Positions 26,400-36,446 of a stretch of 58,057 nt of DNA are shown one piece after another. The DNA is from a virus (Duplodnaviria; Caudoviricetes): positions 1 to 58,057 of IMG/VR virus record IMGVR_UViG_3300044841_000028; one strand, given 5' to 3'. Each line of letters begins with the position of its first letter. Position 1 is the first letter of the stretch. The translations under genes were made by a program, and so were the position numbers. The notes under the pieces were generated by a model that saw only the letters and a program-made list of their open reading frames with translations, searched no databases and was not told the origin of the DNA.

Positions 26400-27614
26400 T
26401 TCGCTTCTCCGCTCTCCGTGGGGCTGTCCGCACTACCCACAACCCCCAACGGCTTTGGGAGCCGTCCGAAGAACATCAACTTTTCGTGGACACGCTCAGC
26501 CAGCACGTCCGGGTCGTTGCGTTCGATGCCCTGATACAGGCCGTCATTGAGGGCGGTCGCGATGATGGCGCGGTCAGCCCTTCCGCTGTCGGTGCAGGGG
26601 CGGCACCACTCGCCTGGGTACTTCATGTGGCCGCATCGCTTGCACGGCGCCTGCTCGCTCACAGCGCTCCTCCTGCGTCCAAGACCCCTACCGGAGGTGG
26701 TTTCGTCGCCCTGTGCGCCTCTGGGGCTGCCGCAAGTGCCGCTCATGGCTGCTCCCTGTACCGGCCCGACATCAGTAGCCACGCTCAAAGGACTTGATGA
26801 GCGCCACCTGAGACTCATGCGTCCAAGAGAAGACACCACCACCGGGGAAGTGCAGCAGATGCTTCCCGTCGTGACCCTTGTCGAGTTCGCATTGGCCACC
26901 GCCGAGAGGTGATGCGTTGCACGGGGGTTTGGGATCAATACTCACGACGACACCTCACTGAGGGTTGCGACCCACTCGCCGCACTCGTTGCAGCGGAAAA
27001 TGGACTGGCCGTGGGAGTTCACCCAGTACGTGCTTCCGCCGCAGCCGCAGAAGATGACCGGTGATTGCCCGGTGGTTTCGCCGGCACTCACGACGCCTCC
27101 CGCTTTTCGATAACGACCGTCGCCCGATAGCCATCAGGGATGACATTCACTGCGGCACTTGGATGTAGGGCGGTGGAGAAGTCCCCCAGCCGCAGGACCA
27201 GTAGCGGCTTGGTTCTGGACTCAAGCGGCACACTCATCAGCCGCCCGGTCAGGGTGTTGTGCTTCCACGCAACGGCCACTGTTAGACCGACGTGACGCTC
27301 AGACAGGGCGCCTACGTTGATCTCGTACGGGCCAAGGTCCGCAACAGCTTTGAGGCGGCGGGGTGACTTGATGGTGATCACATCGACTCCTCGTCATGTC
27401 CGCGCCCCATGCAGACGCCGCAATGCCGTCCGTTGCCGCCGACCTCTTCGCGGGCATCGCTGCCGCAGCAGTGGCATCTCTCGCCTTCGCTCGCATGGAC
27501 GCGGGGCTCCAGGACGCCCAGCATCAGGTCGGTGGTGATGGGTTCGCCTGTTGCCGTGCGACGCTTAATCTCTGCCTGCTTGGCGAGTGCCTCGTCTGAG
27601 TACCAGTCGCTCAT
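26396..27614 (-). other. Small hypothetical, mostly Cys-rich genes (26396-26662, 26942-27091, 27088-27381, 27378-27614 and others)
   Basis: Chained overlaps, CxxC motifs. Confidence 0.5.
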
Positions 27615-27934
27615 GCCGTCACTCCCCTCTCCGCGCACGCGGTCTGGTGGTTACCTCGTTGGTCCGGTAGGTCAAGGGTTGTCGTCGAAGAGTTGCGGTA
27701 GGTGGAACGTCCGTCTTGCACGAAGTGCATGACGGGTTGGGTTAACAGGTATGGGTATTCATTGTTGAACCAACGGGGGTGCAAGGTGTCTTGCACCGAC
27801 GGGGGTACAAGGTTGAGGCTCCGATGTTGCACAAAAAAGGGTGCAAGGTTGTCCCGCGATGTTGCACCTACGTAGGTGCAAGAAACACCTTCCGATGTTG
27901 CACCACCGGGGGTGCAAGGTTGAGACGCTGTCAT
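27611..27934 (-). CDS. Hypothetical ORF spanning the iteron array
   Basis: GGAGG RBS, ATGA-coupled to the upstream gene; sequence dominated by the DNA repeats. Confidence 0.45.
   Translation of the reverse strand: MTASQPCTPGGATSEGVSCTYVGATSRDNLAPFFVQHRSLNLVPPSVQDTLHPRWFNNEYPYLLTQPVMHFVQDGRSTYRNSSTTTLDLPDQRGNHQTACAERGVTA
27741..27922. repeat. Iteron array plus AT-rich tract: probable replication origin
   Basis: GATGTTGCAC at 27823, 27858, 27894; GGT(G/A)CAAG at 27778, 27804, 27840, 27875, 27911 (35-36 bp period from 27804 on); AT-rich 27741-27770. Confidence 0.75.
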
Positions 27935-28509
27935 AGCGCCCTCCACTTGCGGGGATCGCGACGCAATGCCGTGCGAATCTTGTCGACTGCGTTAGGTGAC
28001 CGACCGGTCATCTCCGCAACTTGTGCAGCAGTCAGGTCGTTACGAGCAGCCAGCTCTAGCTCCGGGCCGGTCCAGCGAGGGGCATCCCCACGCCGCCCTG
28101 GAGGGCCATATTTCAATCTCTTTCGTGCCTTTTTGACGCCATAAAGTGTTCTACCAAGCATGTTGGCCACTTCTAGCGCCGACAAGTCTTCCCGGCTCGC
28201 CACTTCTAGTTCGTGGGACGTCCACTCCTGCCAGCGATTACGTGCCGTGTCGATGGTTTCGTTGTTGAGTTTGCCCATACGCTCATCGTCATTACGCCAC
28301 TGCTTCCGCAGCCGTTCACGTCGCTCTACGGGGGAGAGTTGTGTACGCCCCTTTAGCGGTTCGCGGGGACGCAGATAGTGGTCAGTAGCTATGTCATCGA
28401 GGATTCTCTGCCCAAGCTTGAGCGATTGCTGCACGCCTGCGTTGTCCAATATCTCAGCCACCGCGACCACTAACTCTTCGCGGGAACGGCACATTTCTAA
28501 TCCAGTCAC
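27931..28509 (-). CDS. DNA-binding protein with two Myb/HTH-like repeats
   Basis: WTSHELEVASREDLSALEVANMLGRT and WTGPELELAARNDLTAAQVAEMTGRS. Confidence 0.7.
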   Translation of the reverse strand: MTGLEMCRSREELVVAVAEILDNAGVQQSLKLGQRILDDIATDHYLRPREPLKGRTQLSPVERRERLRKQWRNDDERMGKLNNETIDTARNRWQEWTSHELEVASREDLSALEVANMLGRTLYGVKKARKRLKYGPPGRRGDAPRWTGPELELAARNDLTAAQVAEMTGRSPNAVDKIRTALRRDPRKWRAL

Positions 28510-28922
28510 GACGCCTCCCCCAACTCGATCGGAGCGGAGTGGTAAGCCGCTTCACCATCGGCGAATTTGCGCCCACCCACACACACCACATACGCGCACC
28601 GACGCGGCACCGTCACCCCGCCACGGACGTACTCACGAATCAAAAGCCGACCATCCTTCTTCGCGGCCTCAATGGCTTTCGTGATCCTTCGACGGTTCCC
28701 AGGCCAGCCGAACAGTTCCGACATTTGAGCCGCCGACGTCTCCCACACCCGCTTCCCCGACTGCGGTGTAGTGGCGCATGACAGTAGGTAGGCCATCACG
28801 ATGAGCCCGTCCGAGCCGAGCGCCTTGTCGTGGCCGCCTGCCCTGATGAGTTCGTTGGACAGCAGTGTGAAGCCCTGCTTGACCGGGTCTCCAACGAGGA
28901 GGATGGGGTTGCGGCGTCCCAC
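28506..28922 (-). CDS. Putative replication initiator (winged-HTH only)
   Basis: GFTLLSNELIR...L...AYLLS...W pattern of phage replisome organiser N-termini; upstream of iterons. Confidence 0.6.
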   Translation of the reverse strand: MGRRNPILLVGDPVKQGFTLLSNELIRAGGHDKALGSDGLIVMAYLLSCATTPQSGKRVWETSAAQMSELFGWPGNRRRITKAIEAAKKDGRLLIREYVRGGVTVPRRCAYVVCVGGRKFADGEAAYHSAPIELGEAS

Positions 28923-28923
28923 G

Positions 28924-28992
28924 TCATGGCCGCCCAATCGAATTGCAGCGGTGTGATTCGTGACGGGGCACGGGGGTTGCGATAGTCTTCAT
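28924..28992 (-). CDS. 22-aa leader peptide MKTIATPVPRHESHRCNSIGRP
   Basis: AAAAGGAG RBS; stop lies 1 nt before the initiator GTG. Confidence 0.45.
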   Translation of the reverse strand: MKTIATPVPRHESHRCNSIGRP

Positions 28993-28994
28993 CT

Positions 28995-29063
28995 AAGCCA
29001 CTCCTTTTCAGTGGTTAGGCCCGGAACCATATGGTGTTGACGCACCGGTTTCGGGCCGTTTTT
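28995..29063 (+). ncRNA. Candidate antisense RNA to the initiator leader
   Basis: GTGACG-N17-TAGTCT promoter (28960-28988); ends in ggcccgg...tcgggcc stem plus TTTTT. Confidence 0.4.
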
Positions 29064-29110
29064 CTGCCACCAGTTTACCACCTGATCAGCCTGTTTCCCA
29101 TGTCTCGCAG

Positions 29111-29833
29111 TCACTTTGGGGCCTCCTGGGTTACAAGAGCCAACCCGGACCGCGCCGAAACAGCAGCAAGGAGTTGATCCCCCACATGCTGGCTATACGA
29201 GGGTGGGATGGCTTCGCACATCTCGGCAGCAGTCATCCAGTCGATACCGAGAGCGGCCGGCCAGTGCTCCCTACCGCCCGCATTGCCGTACACCTGCACC
29301 ACCGTGGACAACCGGTGTTCACCGTTGGGTCTCCAACCCGTCCAGTACTTCTTCTCCGTGAACCTTTCGTGGGCGCAGGGGATACCGGTGAGGGGGATGT
29401 TGGACTCGAACAGCCGGTGCCGGCGGATGGGTAGGTTTAGGCCGGTGCCGCAGATCCTCACCGGATCTTGCAGTTGCGGTTTGGCGTCGGACACGTTCTC
29501 AATGACGTACGGAAGGCCCGTGGACTCGAGCAACTCTCGCGTCCGTGCGATCAGATCCTCATGGGCATACTTCCGCCCCATCGCCCGATTCACCGCACCA
29601 AGATTCAGGTACGACTGACACGGAGGGGAAGCGTGGATGGCGTCCACCCCTTCAATGGCTTCGATGGCTAGTGCGTCACTCTGGATGAATTCGAATGGGA
29701 AGTTGGGCTGGGGATTGATGTCGTAGCCGATGACGTCGAACCCTGCGCGGTGGTATCCCATAGCAGCGCCACCCCCGCCGCAGAACAGGTCAAGCAACAC
29801 CGGTCGGCTAGGTTCCATATCCGCAGTCCTCAC
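29111..29833 (-). CDS. Orphan DNA (cytosine-5) methyltransferase, compact form
   Basis: LDLFCGGGG (I), SPPCQ (IV), IENV (VI), RHRLF (VIII). Confidence 0.88.
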   Translation of the reverse strand: MRTADMEPSRPVLLDLFCGGGGAAMGYHRAGFDVIGYDINPQPNFPFEFIQSDALAIEAIEGVDAIHASPPCQSYLNLGAVNRAMGRKYAHEDLIARTRELLESTGLPYVIENVSDAKPQLQDPVRICGTGLNLPIRRHRLFESNIPLTGIPCAHERFTEKKYWTGWRPNGEHRLSTVVQVYGNAGGREHWPAALGIDWMTAAEMCEAIPPSYSQHVGDQLLAAVSARSGLALVTQEAPK

Positions 29834-30351
29834 AAACGATTCCCGGCTCTTCCCAATGCGTCATGACGCGTGTGTTCGTTGAGCTACAGCGGGGGCAGTA
29901 GTCGCCATCGCAGGGTGGGTAGCAGTCGGGGCAGAACTTCGCATCACACCCGCATGGTCCGGCTACCACGTGATCCCCCGGAGTCGGGCTTCGTCTTCAT
30001 CAACTTCAACCGGGACAGCAAGCGGGGCAGCATCAACGGCGCCCTTGAAGGACCGCACCCCTCCACACAGGCGGCACCAGTCAGTGGAGAACCCCGTATC
30101 CGTGGGGGTACCAACATGCTTGGGATTGGTGCACTTCCGGGTCATGACGCCTCCCGCACGGACAGCCACTTGAACCCAAGCGCCCGGATGAAAGCCTCGG
30201 CTGCTTCTTCAGTGTCGAAGTCAGTCGGCAAGGGGTGCGCCATGTGTGGACTCTCGATGAGCCAACGCCCTGCGTTGTGGGGAGCGCAAACGTGGCCCTC
30301 ACAGTCCGAGTCGATGCACGTTTCGCAACCGCAGTCGCAGATGGTTCTCAT
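29830..30351 (-). other. Three small Cys-rich hypothetical genes (29830-29966, 29963-30145, 30142-30351)
   Basis: Chained overlaps. Confidence 0.5.
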
Positions 30352-30719
30352 GATGCTTCCTGTGTTTCGGGGGCGGGAACCCGCAAGCCATCATCGGAGA
30401 GGTAGAAGACGCCATCCCAAAGCTGCACCGGAGTAGAAGCAGGGTCATCCCAGGAACGGACGATCCACCCCAGCTTCATTGCCGCGGCGCGGTTCTCTTC
30501 CAGCCACATGTGATCAGCGGGGCACAAAATTCCAAGGTTTGCGGCGCCGTTGGTTTCCGGGCGCTTATCCCCACCAGATTTTCGCGGCCTTCTGTGATGT
30601 GCGTGGACGACTTCCGACCACACACCACAGCGTTCGCAACGAGTGAAGGAACCTTCAACCCCGGCACGCTCTTTCGCCAAACGTCTGACGGCCAGGGAGA
30701 ACCCAGACAATCCGCTCAT
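30348..30719 (-). CDS. HNH endonuclease
   Basis: CERCG...HHRRPR..GG...N...LC..DH. Confidence 0.8.
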   Translation of the reverse strand: MSGLSGFSLAVRRLAKERAGVEGSFTRCERCGVWSEVVHAHHRRPRKSGGDKRPETNGAANLGILCPADHMWLEENRAAAMKLGWIVRSWDDPASTPVQLWDGVFYLSDDGLRVPAPETQEAS

Positions 30720-31306
30720 ACCTGCCTCGCGGTCTTCGTGGTGTCGGCCTTATCCAATGCGCGTGCGAACTCACGCACCGTCTCCGCATCAGTCCCGCGC
30801 GGCGGCTTCTGGTGTTCTTCGAAGAACTTGGTGGCCACGTCAGCGCGCTTCAGCCCGAGTGTTGCCACCGTGTCATCGAGCAGGTTGAGTGCTTCGTCCA
30901 TCGGCGTGGGAGGCGGCGGTGGTGCTGGTGCGTCCGGATCGCCCTTGCACCAAAGATCCAGCGCGGCACCAAATCTCATTCCGGCGTTCCTGAGGCCGTC
31001 GCCGATTGCTTCCTTGATGGCGTTGGGGCCCTTCTTACCCCCAGCGTCCCCGTAGCCGATGCGGGACTTACCGGCGATGGTCAGGCGCAACCAGAGGCCG
31101 CCGTGCTCATCGAGGAGCGGTAACCCGTTGGCGTCCAGGGCGAACGGTTCCCAATCCCACAGCGGATCAGCGTCGAGGAAGCGTTGAGTCAGCCAGCCAT
31201 GTCCGACGAAGTCGAGGAAGATCCCACCCTTGGGTAGCTTCCCCACTTGCGCGGCCGGGAACGGTTCACGCAACTTCTGGAGGGCCTTGAGGTCCACGTC
31301 CATCAC
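30716..31306 (-). CDS. Rad52/Sak-like single-strand annealing protein
   Basis: LREPF...KLPKGG..LDFVGH...DP.W.W...KEAIGDGLRNAGMRFG. Confidence 0.8.
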   Translation of the reverse strand: MMDVDLKALQKLREPFPAAQVGKLPKGGIFLDFVGHGWLTQRFLDADPLWDWEPFALDANGLPLLDEHGGLWLRLTIAGKSRIGYGDAGGKKGPNAIKEAIGDGLRNAGMRFGAALDLWCKGDPDAPAPPPPPTPMDEALNLLDDTVATLGLKRADVATKFFEEHQKPPRGTDAETVREFARALDKADTTKTARQV

Positions 31307-31764
31307 GCCTCCAACGCTTTGATGCCGTCGATACCGATACGCCCCGCAGCAAGCAACCCAGCGATGACTATGGGTGCATCGTCGGTGAGCTTCGTCGTTA
31401 AGTACGGCTCACCCTCAACGACTTCCACGCAGTCCCACACCACACCTTCGGGATCGGTGAGCTTCCCGTCCTTCAGCGCCTGGTCGAGGAGTTTGGTGCG
31501 GTATGCCGGCCGGATCTGCTCAATGGTTTCGATCTCACCCGGAGCCACCGCATGCACGAAGCCCATGAGCAGGTACTCGTCGAGCACCTTGACCGACTTC
31601 CGGCCTTTGACTTTGTTCGTGTAGGCGACCGTTACCCCGTTGAGTTGGGCGGCTTTCCGCTCACCAGCCACCAACTCAAGGGATGCCTTCGCTTCCGCCT
31701 CCCAGTTGGCTATCTGCTTCTTCAACCAAGAGCACAAAGCCAGGGTTGCTGCCGAGTCGCTCAC
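31303..31764 (-). CDS. Hypothetical recombination-module protein (Gam/Gp157-like position)
   Basis: Directly upstream of SSAP; coiled-coil N-terminus. Confidence 0.55.
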   Translation of the reverse strand: MSDSAATLALCSWLKKQIANWEAEAKASLELVAGERKAAQLNGVTVAYTNKVKGRKSVKVLDEYLLMGFVHAVAPGEIETIEQIRPAYRTKLLDQALKDGKLTDPEGVVWDCVEVVEGEPYLTTKLTDDAPIVIAGLLAAGRIGIDGIKALEA

Positions 31765-32094
31765 AGGTCGTCCTCCGCAATCACTTCGGCTTCTCTACGT
31801 AGAGCAATGGCAGACCACTCCGACGATGCGGGGTAGAGGAAGTCGTACAACTCCCCCATCTCCTCAAGGGTTTGCGCCGCCTCCAGGCAGCGGACGGAGA
31901 GTTTCGGATCACCCATCAGAACGGCACCTCCGAAGGGAAGTGCTGAGGCGGGTCCAAGCTGTCAGCGATGGCGGCAAGGCTGTGCGCGATGTTCGCGAGG
32001 ATGGCCACCATGATCTCGCCGTTGGAAAGGTCGTCGTTGGATGTCTGCCGCAGAACTTGGATGCACATCTCGACATGCGTGTCAGCTACTTCGC

Positions 32095-32472
32095 TCACTG
32101 AGGGACCGCCCCACCGGCTTGACTGTTCCGGTCGGTTACGCCGTAGCGAAGCAGCGTGTAGCCGCGGTCCTCGCCGTACTCCCGAGCCCAGTACATGGTC
32201 GTATCGTCAGCCGCCAACAACTCGATGGCGTTGATGCAGTCGACCTCGTTGAAGTAGGACTCCCCGTGCGCGACAGGCTCGTTGTTCCCCGCCACCGCAG
32301 ACCACCGGTACGGCTGAAACCGGTCCAAATACTGCCGGTACACCGCATTCCGCAGCTGCAGCACCTCAACCCCATCGCCCTCCTCGGCAGGCCAGTCCGC
32401 GAAGAACTCCTCCAACGACTTCGGTTCATCCTTGAACACCTGAACATTCACACGCCGCGAAAACTCACTCAT
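32095..32472 (-). CDS. DUF1508/YegP-like protein
   Basis: YRWSAVAGNNEPVAHGESY....C..AI. Confidence 0.65.
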   Translation of the reverse strand: MSEFSRRVNVQVFKDEPKSLEEFFADWPAEEGDGVEVLQLRNAVYRQYLDRFQPYRWSAVAGNNEPVAHGESYFNEVDCINAIELLAADDTTMYWAREYGEDRGYTLLRYGVTDRNSQAGGAVPQ

Positions 32473-32713
32473 GCCGACTTCTCCTGTGCTAGTTGCAATC
32501 TGATTCGTTCCAAGTTCGCTGCGACATCAGCGAGTTTCACCGCGTACGCGTTCACCGCATCCCGGTTCGCGTCCAACCCCAACAGAATCCCGGGAGGGAA
32601 GATGGGGCCTTCTTCGAGCATGTCGACCAGGCCGCACCGCGCGTCATCGAGCACCGCAACGGCTGCCTTCACTTCCGCAATCCGGTTGGTGATGCGGGTA
32701 TCAACGTCCTCAA

Positions 32714-33100
32714 TCACGCCGTCTCTCCCCACACCCGTTGCTGCATCTCATTGGCGCGACGCATCAACGCTGAGAACTCGCCGCACTGCTGCCGCTCCCA
32801 ACCCATCCCAGGGAAGTGCCGCCTAAGCGAATGGGGATGGCGTCCCAACGTCCTACCAACGTCGGTGTAGGAGCAGCCGTCAGCCAACAGTTGTGCCGCC
32901 CTGGCCTTCTCAGCATCAGTGAGTGGTGGGCCTGATGGTGGTTGCGCTATCCCCATCTCACTTCGGATACGTACCACCGAGCGTTTGGTGATGCCGATGA
33001 ATGCTGCTATCGCTGGGGCTGAATATCCTTGCCGGGTCAACTCCACCACCCGCTCACGACGCGCCAGGATTTTTTCGGGGCTGTAGTCGCCGGCCTTCAC
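32714..33100 (-). CDS. Double HTH DNA-binding protein
   Basis: GYSAPAIAAFIGITKRSV and GCSYTDVGRTLG. Confidence 0.8.
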   Translation of the reverse strand: MKAGDYSPEKILARRERVVELTRQGYSAPAIAAFIGITKRSVVRIRSEMGIAQPPSGPPLTDAEKARAAQLLADGCSYTDVGRTLGRHPHSLRRHFPGMGWERQQCGEFSALMRRANEMQQRVWGETA

Positions 33101-33375
33101 GCGTCACCCACGAACCGCACGTAGCAGATGCCGCCGCGGTTTTCGGCTTCAAACCCTGCGTCGCGGAACGCGATAGGACATCCATGGCGCTTGCCGTTGA
33201 TGTTCCGGGCTGTCGTCGCGCAGGACGCCCTGCTTCCCCGCTTCCGCGGGTACTTGGCCCACTGGTTTGGGTTGTCACGCAACGCTTGCGCGAACCGCAT
33301 CAGAATCGGATTGGCCCTCGTACGCGAACTCCGAACTATCTCGGGTAGTTCATCCACGAACTCAAACTCAGGCAC
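33097..33375 (-). CDS. Hypothetical protein
   Basis: LRDNPNQWA...YVRFVG, common mycobacteriophage family. Confidence 0.6.
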   Translation of the reverse strand: MPEFEFVDELPEIVRSSRTRANPILMRFAQALRDNPNQWAKYPRKRGSRASCATTARNINGKRHGCPIAFRDAGFEAENRGGICYVRFVGDA

Positions 33376-33585
33376 GGTCCCTCCCAGGCGGCAGCATCGC
33401 TTCGACCACTGCCCGCTTCGTCTGCGCCTCAGCCCGCAACAACACAAACGCCCGAACCAACTGATCCAAATCCTTATCAGTGCCCGACCAAGAAACACCA
33501 CACAGTCCTACGGTTACCGTCTTGTCGTTGTAGGAGACCGTCAAACGGTCGGGATCCACGAACCCGTCACGGAGAGTCAACATGC

Positions 33586-33942
33586 TCATGACGACGCCTC
33601 GATCCGGTTGCGTAGCTTCGTGATCTGACCTCGCAGCGCGGCAATCGTCCGGTTGTTCCGCAGGCTCATCTCGCGGTACGAAGCGACCTGATTCTTGAAG
33701 TAGTCAGCGTCAGGTGCCTTCAGCGAAAGGACGGCGTATCCGCTATCAATGCCGTTCTGGTTCTTCGAGACGTGGGTGATTTCCCATATCCCGGAGATGC
33801 AGCGGTTACCGTCACCGACGAAGGTGAGCGCGTCACCTCTCTGGAAGTCGTTGCCCTTGTCCCAGACGACGATGCAGGTCTGGTCGCCGTATGAGATGCG
33901 CTGGGCTTCTGTGCGCTTGATGTCGTGATTCCAGATGGTCAC
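33586..33942 (-). CDS. DUF3850/ASCH-like protein
   Basis: HDIK...DFQRGD.L...ITHV...GYAVLSL. Confidence 0.55.
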   Translation of the reverse strand: MTIWNHDIKRTEAQRISYGDQTCIVVWDKGNDFQRGDALTFVGDGNRCISGIWEITHVSKNQNGIDSGYAVLSLKAPDADYFKNQVASYREMSLRNNRTIAALRGQITKLRNRIEASS

Positions 33943-34352
33943 GCGTCGGCCTCCAGCCATTCGTCGGCGATGTTGATGGCCTTGCGGATCTCGGCGAGCG
34001 GCGACATTTCCTGGTCGACCGCAGCCTCAGCCGCTTGCAGCCGTTCCTTGATCTCCCTGAGATCGCCGTAGACGTCACTCACTTGTCCCCCTTCGATTCG
34101 ATGCCGAGGACACGCCAGCAGGCCGCCTCGGTGGCGTCGAGCGCCAACTCCCACAGTTCGTTCAGCCAGCCGATCACCGGAACACCACCCCGGCGAGTAG
34201 GGCGTCAGCGGCGAACACCACGGCCAGGGGAATCAGCCACAGCGCTGCCTTGCGCGGAGGGTCATACTCTGCAGCAGCTGCACCGCAAGCCATGACACCG
34301 ACTGTGAGCAGCCCGCAGGCGACCAAGCCGATGACTGCGACGGCATGCCAGT

Positions 34353-34727
34353 TCATGCGCGGTACGCCCCACCCAGAGACCCGCCAGACGGCTTGTGGTC
34401 GTTGGCCCACGCCAACACCTCAGGTTCGAAAGCCGGGCAAATGTTGTGCACCGCCTGGTAGAGGACTTCACCGGATTGATACGGCTGGACGCCGGCGGCC
34501 CACAGCTTCTGCAACACCTCAGTGATCCCGGTGTCGGAGTCGTCGTTGCCGAGCATCGCGCAGATGGCGGTGGCATTGCGCAGGGTGTAATCGTTGACCG
34601 TTTCGGGATCGGCGTGGGCCTTCGCGGCCGAACCTATCGACGCCCCGACGATCACGCTGGCCACCAGTAGAGTCGCGACTGGGGAACCCTTCTCCCGAAT
34701 CCACTCCGTTATACTTTCTCTGGACAT
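34353..34727 (-). CDS. Secreted DUF732-like protein
   Basis: Signal peptide ending AKAHA-DP; two conserved Cys (IC, CP). Confidence 0.65.
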   Translation of the reverse strand: MSRESITEWIREKGSPVATLLVASVIVGASIGSAAKAHADPETVNDYTLRNATAICAMLGNDDSDTGITEVLQKLWAAGVQPYQSGEVLYQAVHNICPAFEPEVLAWANDHKPSGGSLGGAYRA

Positions 34728-34783
34728 TGGACCTATCTCCTCTGTTCGTGGTGCCGTCCGCTGATACCGGGCGGCACCGTCTT

Positions 34784-35416
34784 TTACTGCTCGGTTTGTG
34801 GGTGGGACTGCTCGTAAGCGAGCCCCTGAAGCTCAAAGAGCAGCGCGGAGACGACGAGCTCAGCGACGTGCTCCGCGTGGTTGGTGCCGTAGTTGTACGC
34901 AGTGCAACTACACCTCTCCGCACGCTGCAGGTGCGGCGCGATGTACTCAGCCGCAACGGCTTCCAGATCCTTGGCCTTGAACATCGGTAGGGAGATCCCG
35001 GCGGGGAGGTCGGGGGCACTCCCCGCCGGAACAGTTGGGTGCCCCTCGGAGGGGCGGCGGGGGAATGCCGCTATCTCCTCCGAGGGGCCATCGCCACCCA
35101 CCTGCGGCGGGGGCGCCGACTCGATGATGGTGGGCGACGGGTCCAACCCAGTGGGGGGCACTATCGGGGGGGAAGTGCTCACCCCCACCGGGGAGTCGAT
35201 GAATGGACAAGCGTGTAGACCGCGCATACCGCAGCGGCACGGCCCGTCGAGCAGCTTCTTCCACTCTGCTGCCGTGGTCGGTTCGTAGTCGGGGTCCAGC
35301 TTCTCCGTGCCGTCCATGTAGTCGCCACGTTCATAGGTGAGGGGCGACCAAGATGTGAGTACCGCATCCGCAAACCGTCCGCAGAAGTGTTGGACCGCAG
35401 CAAGCCTCAACGTCAT
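34784..35416 (-). CDS. Hypothetical Pro-rich, Zn-finger protein
   Basis: Coupled ORF with CRCG..H.C and CSC..H motifs. Confidence 0.55.
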   Translation of the reverse strand: MTLRLAAVQHFCGRFADAVLTSWSPLTYERGDYMDGTEKLDPDYEPTTAAEWKKLLDGPCRCGMRGLHACPFIDSPVGVSTSPPIVPPTGLDPSPTIIESAPPPQVGGDGPSEEIAAFPRRPSEGHPTVPAGSAPDLPAGISLPMFKAKDLEAVAAEYIAPHLQRAERCSCTAYNYGTNHAEHVAELVVSALLFELQGLAYEQSHPQTEQ

Positions 35417-35667
35417 GGCCGCTTCCCCTTGTAGTTTCCGAGGAACACGAACAGGCCAGTAGAGGCCAACGCGACGATGAGAATGACGGCGTTAGCCACC
35501 GGACACCTCCGCCATCTGCTCCGGATCGGACTCCCCAGCGGCCAGCGCACCGACACGGCAGGGAGGACAAGTACGGGTCGGGGTTTGGTTGGTGAACTCC
35601 CTGCTGCACCTGATGCAGATGAAGCTGAAATCAACGACTGGGAGCGGGTTCCGGTAGTGAGTGCGCG

Positions 35668-36222
35668 TCACGACGTCGCCTCGCTGAAATCCCAATTCAG
35701 TCCGCCGAAGGTTTTCTCCATAGCGGCCCGTTGACGCGCGAGCCGCTCCTTGGCGATAGCCGACATCTGGATCAACCGGAGTTGACGCAGCAACTGACGG
35801 TTCCTACTCAAGGTTTCAGCCAGCTCGGGATCGTCGGGGAAGTGGAATACGTCGAGGCAGATGGGAATAGTCGATCCGTCCTCCAGTAGGAGGACCTCAT
35901 CGTCAATGGGCATTAGCTGCGGCTGCGGAGAAGCGCACGTGGGGCACTTCGGCTTCCGCACAACTACCGGCACTGGCAGAGGGGCCAGCGTGTACGCAAC
36001 GTTGTATCTAGGGCCTTCGCTGCGGATCGCCCTCTGCTCGGCAACGGCCAGAGCCTCGCGTGTTGAGTGGTTCTCGATGGCGATGTTCGTAACCTCGGAC
36101 CACCACGGCTGAGTCTTACTGTGCGTGCGGAACCGCATCTTTGGGTTGTTGGTGATGCCGACGTACAGCAACTCGCCTTCAGCGTTGAACATCCTGTACA
36201 GGACATGCGTCTTCTCGGTCAT
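35668..36222 (-). CDS. GIY-YIG nuclease family protein
   Basis: VLYRMF...LLYVGIT...R..H...E...I..E.P.YN. Confidence 0.85.
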   Translation of the reverse strand: MTEKTHVLYRMFNAEGELLYVGITNNPKMRFRTHSKTQPWWSEVTNIAIENHSTREALAVAEQRAIRSEGPRYNVAYTLAPLPVPVVVRKPKCPTCASPQPQLMPIDDEVLLLEDGSTIPICLDVFHFPDDPELAETLSRNRQLLRQLRLIQMSAIAKERLARQRAAMEKTFGGLNWDFSEATS

Positions 36223-36446
36223 CAGGCACTCCTCCGCGGTTCCCAGGCGGGGCACTCACGGGCGAACCGACGAACCTCGGACACCTCGAACACGACACGC
36301 TTGCCGACGGTCTTCGCCGCGATCTCGCCGGCCCGAACTAGCTGGTCGAGCTTGTCGGTGGAGATCCCACCCAGAAGCTTCGCCGTGGTTTCCCGATCAA
36401 CGAACGGCGGCTCAACGACGACCTGGACGTCTGCAATGTCGCTCAC
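36222..36446 (-). CDS. xis: Excisionase / HTH DNA-binding protein
   Basis: AKLLGGIS...LVRAGEI...VGKR; position after antirepressor. Confidence 0.7.
   Translation of the reverse strand: MSDIADVQVVVEPPFVDRETTAKLLGGISTDKLDQLVRAGEIAAKTVGKRVVFEVSEVRRFARECPAWEPRRSA

Noticed and set aside
27741-27922. CRISPR-like array
   Set aside because: Units are short palindromic motifs with 35-36 bp total period, no unique spacers of CRISPR length and no cas genes; fits iterons.
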